64,000 bases of DNA from a virus, in IMG/VR virus record IMGVR_UViG_3300025466_000029, positions 3,205 through 67,204 of that record, one strand, 5' to 3'. Below, piece by piece: positions 37,669 through 43,800 of this stretch. A program made the position numbers and the translations under genes. The first letter of the stretch is position 1. The number at the start of each line of letters is the position of its first letter. The notes beneath the pieces are model-generated. The model had not been told where the DNA came from. It was given only the letters and a program-made list of their open reading frames with translations, and ran no database searches.

Positions 37669-38051
37669 TAGCATTTCCACCTTTTTAATGATGCTGCCTT
37701 GCGTGTTGGTTTGCCGTTCTCATCTTTCATAGGGCCTGGCATACCTGACATACGTGCGCAGAATGATTTTTTACGTGGACCGCCTTCTGGTTGAGGGGCT
37801 TTTAGATGACTGCCTGTCTCGCGATTGTATTTTTCACGCCCTTTGGCAGTTAACCCAGCACCTTTTTCGGTAGATAGCTTTTCACCACGACCAACGGCAA
37901 GTGATACACCGCCTTTTTTAAACTTTTTACCTTTATCAGCGGCAGCAAAGTCTTTACCTACAGACTGTTTGATACCAACCTTTTTAGCAAATTTAGGGCT
38001 ATTAGCCACTGCTTCCATCAAGTTGTGTTGTTTTTTAGATACGCTTGGCAT
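37668..38051 (-). CDS. basic virion-module protein (two modules joined at FKKGG)
   Basis: MPSVSKKQH.LM.AVA...; GL.AKGR..Y...LKAP...RKKSFCARM...RWKC. Confidence 0.75.
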   Translation of the reverse strand: MPSVSKKQHNLMEAVANSPKFAKKVGIKQSVGKDFAAADKGKKFKKGGVSLAVGRGEKLSTEKGAGLTAKGREKYNRETGSHLKAPQPEGGPRKKSFCARMSGMPGPMKDENGKPTRKAASLKRWKC

Positions 38052-38053
38052 AA

Positions 38054-38299
38054 TTATTTACTCGCATGTTCTATAAACCAAGCTACTAAACCGCCAACAA
38101 TACTAGCGGCGCTACCAACGGCAAGAAGCATTCTCCAACCGCCGTGAGCGGCAGACAATGTGTCATTAATTTTAGCAAGAGTGTCTTTAATCTCCTGCAT
38201 GTCTTTAACCATCTTGTCCATATCAGCTTGTAAGTGTTTGATTTCGTTTGCATGGGTAGCTAACTCTCTGGCGGTTTCTAATTCAGCAGGAACACTCAT
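38054..38299 (-). CDS. coiled-coil protein with C-terminal TM helix
   Basis: Heptad N-terminus; GGWRMLLAVGSAASIVGGLVAWF. Confidence 0.7.
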   Translation of the reverse strand: MSVPAELETARELATHANEIKHLQADMDKMVKDMQEIKDTLAKINDTLSAAHGGWRMLLAVGSAASIVGGLVAWFIEHASK

Positions 38300-38306
38300 A
38301 TCTCAC

Positions 38307-38594
38307 CTAACCGTAACAAATAGTAACTGAAGTAATATTAGAAGCAGCTACATAGATGCCATTATTAACTAAGATACCTTCACCTGGAATAATAACTTGG
38401 AATGGTTGTACACCTGAGCTTGTTTTAGTTTGCCAAATGATAGGACCTGTATTATCGGTACCATCATAGAAAGTAACTGTACCAGCTGTACCATTACCGA
38501 TAAAAACAGCTTGTTTAAAACGAGCTCTTCCTGAAGTTAACTGAGCTGGGAATGTACCCGCATAGGCGCTCTTTACATCATATTGCATAGTCAT
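38307..38594 (-). CDS. small virion structural protein
   Basis: MQYDVKS...IPGEGI....GIY. Confidence 0.7.
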   Translation of the reverse strand: MTMQYDVKSAYAGTFPAQLTSGRARFKQAVFIGNGTAGTVTFYDGTDNTGPIIWQTKTSSGVQPFQVIIPGEGILVNNGIYVAASNITSVTICYG

Positions 38595-38643
38595 AATTAA
38601 TCTCCTTAGATTTTAAAGTGGGGATCGAAGTCCCCTAGATTAA

Positions 38644-39111
38644 TTAAACTTGGCTAGGGTTAGCTGAACCGTCAGAACCACGTACGATGTATGTAGCTGA
38701 GATAACACCTGAACCAGCAGTTACAGTACCGAATGTGTAAGTAATGATAGCATCAGATGAACCTACGTTTGTTACCAATGTTGGGTTTGATGTACCGATT
38801 GCTAATGATTGTTTACCTGTGCTACCAGTAGAAATAGTAATTGCTGAAGTGATAGCTGAACCATTTACGTAAACTGTGATTGTGCCTGTACCACCTGAAG
38901 TGAAAGCTACGTTTTGGAATAAATCAACAGCAAGGATTGAAGCACCTGCTGGAAGAACAAACGCTGCGGTAGCTGTGCCGTCTGTATATGTTACTGGAGC
39001 TTGTTGAGCAACGATAGTTGCACCCATATTGCGGATTGTACCTGCAGTAGTTCCTGTGGTATTCTTAACTGTGCCCAATAACCAAGGGCCTAAATGTGAA
39101 GCGAAAGCCAT
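38644..39111 (-). CDS. virion structural protein (capsid-associated)
   Basis: Beta-rich; LPAGA.I..V; has its own promoter and structured leader. Confidence 0.7.
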   Translation of the reverse strand: MAFASHLGPWLLGTVKNTTGTTAGTIRNMGATIVAQQAPVTYTDGTATAAFVLPAGASILAVDLFQNVAFTSGGTGTITVYVNGSAITSAITISTGSTGKQSLAIGTSNPTLVTNVGSSDAIITYTFGTVTAGSGVISATYIVRGSDGSANPSQV

Positions 39112-39193
39112 AATAATTTCCTTTATGCAAAAGTCTTCTTACCATCTTTGCATCGTCTGCTGGGGCAGTTGGTAAGAATATGTTTCCCAGATA
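39112..39193 (-). ncRNA. candidate double-pseudoknot 5' leader RNA
   Basis: Three interleaved helices: CUGGG/CCCAG, UUCUUACCA/UGGUAAGAA, AUGCAAA/UUUGCAU, ending next to the SD. Confidence 0.55.
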
Positions 39194-39198
39194 GTTGA

Positions 39199-39227
39199 TT
39201 TATACTTGAATTTTTAAATATACGCAA
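39199..39227 (-). promoter_or_regulatory. sigma70-type promoter
   Basis: TTGCGT-17 bp-TATAAA on the minus strand. Confidence 0.7.
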
Positions 39228-39244
39228 GTGGTTTTGGAGAGTGT

Positions 39245-39598
39245 ATGCCGTATAAAGACCCAGAACGTAGACGTGCCAAAGCAAGAGAGCTGTATAAGGC
39301 TAACCCCGCGCCAAGCATAGCCAGAGCAGCAAAGACAAAACGCAGGGCGCGAGCGGAGTTCGCTGAATTTAAAGCCCGACTTTCCTGTGTTCAATGTGGC
39401 GAAAACCACCCAGCAACTTTAGATTTCCACCATCACACCCCCCACCCCGACAATATCAAGATTAATGAGTTAGTTCGTTCAGGCAGATTAGGTTTTGCTA
39501 TGGAAGAAATTATGAATAAGTGTATTGTCCTCTGCAGCAACTGCCACCGAAAACATCACTACGAAGAAAATAAAGCTAAAAAAGATGGTGCCCAGTGA
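39245..39598 (+). CDS. HNH endonuclease (opposite to the late strand)
   Basis: CVQCGE.HPA.LDFHH...KCIVLCSNCHRK.H. Confidence 0.85.
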   Translation: MPYKDPERRRAKARELYKANPAPSIARAAKTKRRARAEFAEFKARLSCVQCGENHPATLDFHHHTPHPDNIKINELVRSGRLGFAMEEIMNKCIVLCSNCHRKHHYEENKAKKDGAQ

Positions 39599-39660
39599 GA
39601 GAATCGAACTCCCGATATCCTCATTACAAGTGAGGCGCATTACCACTCTGCTAACTGGGC
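39586..39660 (-). tRNA. tRNA-Thr(UGU)
   Basis: GCCCAGT/ACTGGGC acceptor stem, anticodon arm CCTCA-CT-TGT-AA-TGAGG, T-loop GTTCGAT, encoded CCA. Confidence 0.93.
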
Positions 39661-39741
39661 AAAAGAACCCCCAAGCAGAATTAACCGATGGGGGCCGTGT
39701 TCACGTTCGGCTAGGTACCCCCAGCCCGTATGAATTATAAC

Positions 39742-39813
39742 TTATTTATTCATTACGTACATAGTCACTTCAAAGCCAAAACGCATTTCAGTAGCAGCTG
39801 GTTTAGTCCACAT
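39742..39813 (-). CDS. pqqA: pyrroloquinoline quinone precursor peptide PqqA
   Basis: MWTKPAATEMRFGFEVTMYVMNK with the E-x-x-x-Y motif; AGGAG RBS at 39821-39825. Confidence 0.93.
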   Translation of the reverse strand: MWTKPAATEMRFGFEVTMYVMNK

Positions 39814-39863
39814 GATGTATCTCCTAATAGTCATTAAAATATCCATTACCTCGGATAAGCTTC

Positions 39864-39891
39864 ACTATAGACACTTTTATAGCTACTACAA
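39864..39891 (-). promoter_or_regulatory. possible pqqA promoter
   Basis: TTGTAG-16 bp-TATAGT downstream of the capsid terminator. Confidence 0.4.
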
Positions 39892-39928
39892 TACGTAAAA
39901 TCATGAATTACTGAGCGGTAATAAACAA

Positions 39929-39956
39929 CAAAAAAGCCCACCGAAGTGGGCTTTTT
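39929..39956 (-). terminator. intrinsic terminator after the major capsid gene (bidirectional form)
   Basis: AAAAAGCCCAC-CGAA-GTGGGCTTTTT. Confidence 0.88.
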
Positions 39957-39970
39957 ATTACCGAGCGGGA

Positions 39971-40879
39971 TTAAGCGCCTGGAGAACCGTACATACCTAG
40001 TGGGTCTGAGTAACCAAAGCTGTAACGTTCACGAGCTTTGTAACGTACGTTACCAGTGTCGAAATCACCATCCATAGAATTTTGCAATGGTGTACGAACA
40101 AAGTGTTTCATACCGTTTGGTACATCTGTAGTCAAGAACCAAGCGTTGTTGTCGGTCAAGAAGTGGTTAATTGTGTAACCTTCTGGAATTGAACCATTGT
40201 TTTCAATCGCATTGATATCATTGTCTGTAGTACCTACACGAAGCTTAGTTTCCAACAAACGTGTTGCAACGAATTGCAATGCTGGTGGAACGATAAGTTT
40301 CTTAGGTTTAGCTGCAATCAATAGACCACGTTCATCAGTCCAAGCTGCGATTTGAATAACTGCATTTTCCAATGAAGTTTCGTTCAAGTCAGCTGCAACT
40401 GTTGGTGTGTTGCTATTAGTGCCACCGTTAACAAGAGTGTGTGATGTAGAGAACAATGATACACCGTCGCCACCAACATAAGCGCCGTTGAAACCGTTAT
40501 TCAATACAGCAGCAGCTTTAACTTGTTTAGTGTAAGCCATAGCGCGAGCCAATGCTTTAGTATAACGAGCAGACAATGAGTCATACAAGTTATCTTCAAC
40601 AGCTTCTTCAGTTAGAGCGAAGCCATAAGCAATTGTTTCGTGGTTGTATCGAGCTGTCCAAGCTTCTTGAGCATTGTCATAAGCGATGGCTTGGCCTTCG
40701 TTTTTAACTGGAGCTGCTGAGAAGCCAGACAATTTTGTTTCTTCTTCGAAAGAACGTTCTGAAGTTTCTGTTTCATAGATTTCAGTATGTTCTTCACCAT
40801 ATCGTGCATACTCCAAACCGAACAAAGCGTTCAAGCCTGGGAGTAACTCTTTCAATAGTTGTGCGCGTGAAATAGCCAT
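39971..40879 (-). CDS. major capsid protein
   Basis: MAISRAQL.KEL.PGLNALFG.EY, D.DFDTGN.RYKARERYSFG.SDP. Confidence 0.92.
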   Translation of the reverse strand: MAISRAQLLKELLPGLNALFGLEYARYGEEHTEIYETETSERSFEEETKLSGFSAAPVKNEGQAIAYDNAQEAWTARYNHETIAYGFALTEEAVEDNLYDSLSARYTKALARAMAYTKQVKAAAVLNNGFNGAYVGGDGVSLFSTSHTLVNGGTNSNTPTVAADLNETSLENAVIQIAAWTDERGLLIAAKPKKLIVPPALQFVATRLLETKLRVGTTDNDINAIENNGSIPEGYTINHFLTDNNAWFLTTDVPNGMKHFVRTPLQNSMDGDFDTGNVRYKARERYSFGYSDPLGMYGSPGA

Positions 40880-40892
40880 ATTATATTACTCC

Positions 40893-41714
40893 TTAAGCTA
40901 CGTTATAACGATGAACGCCAAAGTTCGTTTTCACCAAAGCTTCTGGTGTTTGAACTAAAGCAACGGTACCTGAAACTGTAGCTGTTGAAGCTGTTACAGT
41001 TAAAGTTGTACTACCTGTTGTAGTAACAGTTGATGCAGCTGTCAAGCTAGAGCCTGTAAATTGCAATTGACCGTTAATTACGTTGTACACATCTGTACCG
41101 ATTGGAAGTACTGTACCTACTGGTAAACCAGAAACAACTAATGAAGTTGTACCTGTACCTGAAACGTATGTACCACCTGTTGATACTTGTGTATCTGGAA
41201 CTAATTGCAATACACGGAAGCCAGCAGTAGTAGCCGCTGGAGCAGTAGCTGCAACAACACCCATTGATGAATCACCGTTATTTACTGAACCAACTTGTGT
41301 ACCACCAACTACGTTACCACCAACCAACAATTGTGAGAATGAAGCAACAGCTGTAGAAGAAGCTGAAGCAGTAGCTACAACTTTCAATACGACATCTGGG
41401 TCATCAACAATGATAGCTGTAATATCACCAGCAGTAACACTGCCTGGATAGTACTGTGAGTACAAACGTTGTTTTGTTGTTGGGTTTGTGTAATAACAAC
41501 CAGCAAAATAACCAACTACTTTATTAGTTGAGTTAACTGGGGCTGTTGCAAGTGTTGCAAAACCTGATGTAATAACAACAGGGTCGCCATTGTAAATAGC
41601 ATTAGTGTCGCCGTATGCGATAGGTAGGTTACGTGTTGAACCTGCGTATACTTGACCGCCAATAAGATTTACAGGCTTGAACCCGTAAGGGGCTGAAACG
41701 GTAGGATAAGCCAT
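40893..41714 (-). CDS. capsid decoration/minor capsid protein
   Basis: APYGFKP, I.NGD.V, G.F.GC.YT.P, DDPD; precedes the major capsid gene. Confidence 0.7.
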   Translation of the reverse strand: MAYPTVSAPYGFKPVNLIGGQVYAGSTRNLPIAYGDTNAIYNGDPVVITSGFATLATAPVNSTNKVVGYFAGCYYTNPTTKQRLYSQYYPGSVTAGDITAIIVDDPDVVLKVVATASASSTAVASFSQLLVGGNVVGGTQVGSVNNGDSSMGVVAATAPAATTAGFRVLQLVPDTQVSTGGTYVSGTGTTSLVVSGLPVGTVLPIGTDVYNVINGQLQFTGSSLTAASTVTTTGSTTLTVTASTATVSGTVALVQTPEALVKTNFGVHRYNVA

Positions 41715-41734
41715 AAAATACTCCTAGATTAAAA

Positions 41735-42184
41735 TTAATTGCCTTTGCCAAATGATGTTGTAGACTTACGCTCAGAGAACATAGGCATACGGGCATCGCT
41801 TTGACGCATTATGTTATTATCTACAGACTCTGTTTGAGATTTTGACAAGTTGTCGAAATGTGCATTTCGTTGCTCAACAAACTCTTTAGGAGTCTTACAT
41901 AGTAATAAACCGCCGATTTCGATATTGTCTTTATAACGACTATCTGGGTCGACCAATATTGCCAACTGTGGTTGTTCTTCAACCTTTACTGCTTCCCAAC
42001 CTTCTCTGAGTTTGGCAGATAAGTTACGTGGGTCCGCAGCGTTTAGTGTTGATACGCGAATCCAGCGGTAAGCATAACCTTCTTGCTTGTCTGGTTCAGG
42101 TAACAACTCAGGTTGTTGCCACTGTTTAGGACGTTCAGTTACTGCACGAGTATCTATATTGCGAGTGATTCTTGTATCGGTCAT
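41735..42184 (-). CDS. conserved head-module protein
   Basis: W..P..L..P, YRWIR, REGWE.V, GGLLLCK. Confidence 0.75.
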   Translation of the reverse strand: MTDTRITRNIDTRAVTERPKQWQQPELLPEPDKQEGYAYRWIRVSTLNAADPRNLSAKLREGWEAVKVEEQPQLAILVDPDSRYKDNIEIGGLLLCKTPKEFVEQRNAHFDNLSKSQTESVDNNIMRQSDARMPMFSERKSTTSFGKGN

Positions 42185-42185
42185 T

Positions 42186-43142
42186 TTAAGCCTCCAGTTT
42201 CTTCATTGCGATAGCATATTGCTCATTAGTTAATCCTAGTTTTTTAGCTAGGGCGACTTGCCTTTGTGTCAGCTTAATTTTGTTTGAAGCTGTACTACGC
42301 GTGGCTGGAGCAACAACAGTACTCAGTTTTGTAGGAGCACTTTCACTTTTACTTTTTGAATCCTCTGGTTCGGAATCCTCAAAATACTCTGAAAATCTCT
42401 TCCGCATTGTTTTGTCCAACGTAGAATAGTAATCATCAGAACCAACAACAACACCATTACGTTTAAGTTTTTCATGTAAACCTAACGCTGCTGCGGTCAT
42501 CTCTTCATCTGCGCCAAACCAATCATTTTTGTCACGCCATGCTTGTGCTCGTGCATCTGGTACAGCTACCGCGGGTTGTTGATACTGTTCTTGCTGACTT
42601 TTTACATTAAAGTCATCGTCTTGTAAAGGGGGTAGCTTAAAGCTCTTAGCTTGAGCAATCTTAATACTTGCTTCTTGCATCGCTTGTTGCGCTTCGACCA
42701 GGCGGTCACTGTCCCCATTATCATACGCATCTTTGTAAGCGCGCTTCGCCATTTCAAGCTCTAGATTAGCTGTTGCTTGGATTGACGACACGTACTCTTT
42801 CTCGCCAGTAGCGAGGGTACTCTTTAACCGTTTGTTTTCTTCTACAACACGGCGAGCAAGTTCAACTGCTTCTTGCTGCTCCCTGTATGCGGACTCCTTA
42901 GCGCGACGCTCGTCGTGCCAGACCTTACGCATTTGTTTAAGTTTTTCTTTTGTTGCCGCATCGTATTTAGATAAGTCGTCATGCTCTAACTCATCAACGA
43001 TAGCTTTTGGCATTGGTTCCCGATTGCGGTCTTCTTCAGGTGTGTCATCTTCGATTTCAAATTCAATCTCAGGTGCTGACGCTTTCACCTTTTCATCTTG
43101 CTCATCAGGAAACGTATATTCTTCTTTCTCAAATTCAGGCAT
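42186..43142 (-). CDS. capsid scaffolding protein
   Basis: Acidic coiled coil; W...N.WFG; C-terminal LT..QVA.AKKLG....YA; start moved to 43142 (AAGGAGG). Confidence 0.75.
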   Translation of the reverse strand: MPEFEKEEYTFPDEQDEKVKASAPEIEFEIEDDTPEEDRNREPMPKAIVDELEHDDLSKYDAATKEKLKQMRKVWHDERRAKESAYREQQEAVELARRVVEENKRLKSTLATGEKEYVSSIQATANLELEMAKRAYKDAYDNGDSDRLVEAQQAMQEASIKIAQAKSFKLPPLQDDDFNVKSQQEQYQQPAVAVPDARAQAWRDKNDWFGADEEMTAAALGLHEKLKRNGVVVGSDDYYSTLDKTMRKRFSEYFEDSEPEDSKSKSESAPTKLSTVVAPATRSTASNKIKLTQRQVALAKKLGLTNEQYAIAMKKLEA

Positions 43143-43152
43143 CTTGTCCTCC

Positions 43153-43617
43153 TTATTTGCGAATAATACCGCGTGGCTCATCAACAGTAGCCTCAACAGT
43201 ATCATCATTGATTAAACGGAACTCACGACCGTGAATTACCAACCTACTCCCAGAATGCGGACGCACTAAAACAAAATCGCCCTCTTTGCACCAAGGACCG
43301 CTCGGAAAGCGTTTTTCATCCTTATAGCAATCAGGGCCAAGCGCAACTACAAATAGAACTGTAGTCAAAGCTTCTTCCATCTTAAGTGTTTCATCAGCCT
43401 TAACCAATCCACTGTCGTACTCACGTTCCTTCTCAGGAATGGCGCATAAGATATGGTAGCCTGACGGCCTTGGTAATTGAGCTGCTTTTTCTATATCAGT
43501 CGCATCACCTACGATTGCTCGTATTTCTGCTTCTTCTTGGGCTTCCTTCTTGGCATTTTCTGCCAGTTTCGATAAATCTAGTGCTTGAGCTAAATTTATG
43601 TTACTCGTCATCTGCAT
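43153..43617 (-). CDS. groES: GroES-like co-chaperonin
   Basis: P.GY.IL, SGLV, VVALGP..Y, PWCKEGD.V, RLINDD.V. Confidence 0.8.
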   Translation of the reverse strand: MQMTSNINLAQALDLSKLAENAKKEAQEEAEIRAIVGDATDIEKAAQLPRPSGYHILCAIPEKEREYDSGLVKADETLKMEEALTTVLFVVALGPDCYKDEKRFPSGPWCKEGDFVLVRPHSGSRLVIHGREFRLINDDTVEATVDEPRGIIRK

Positions 43618-43798
43618 GTTCCAATCGTTTTTTGAGGTCTACAATTATGGCACAAGCAGCTTCGAGACCCCGTAGCTGGCCACTTGTGTATTTATACTCT
43701 TCGAATGATGCGCAGTTACCTCTCGCCATAGCCTCTGTGAGCATGTTGATACGGTCTCTGTACTCCGTTAGAAGAACATCAAATAAGTTTGAATCCAT
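43601..43798 (-). CDS. small head-module protein
   Basis: G....FEEY....G..RGL, typical gene after the portal. Confidence 0.7.
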   Translation of the reverse strand: MDSNLFDVLLTEYRDRINMLTEAMARGNCASFEEYKYTSGQLRGLEAACAIIVDLKKRLEHADDE

Positions 43799-43800
43799 GT

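Noticed and set aside
39112-39193. Assignment to ZTP, SAM, twister, pistol or HDV/theta RNA classes
   Set aside because: The conserved nucleotides and helix order of those classes could not be matched by eye, so it is left unassigned.
39586-39660. tRNA as attP or prophage boundary, or a suppressor tRNA
   Set aside because: No integrase and no duplicated tRNA end; phage genes lie on both sides; the anticodon is ordinary Thr, and genes read normally in the standard code.
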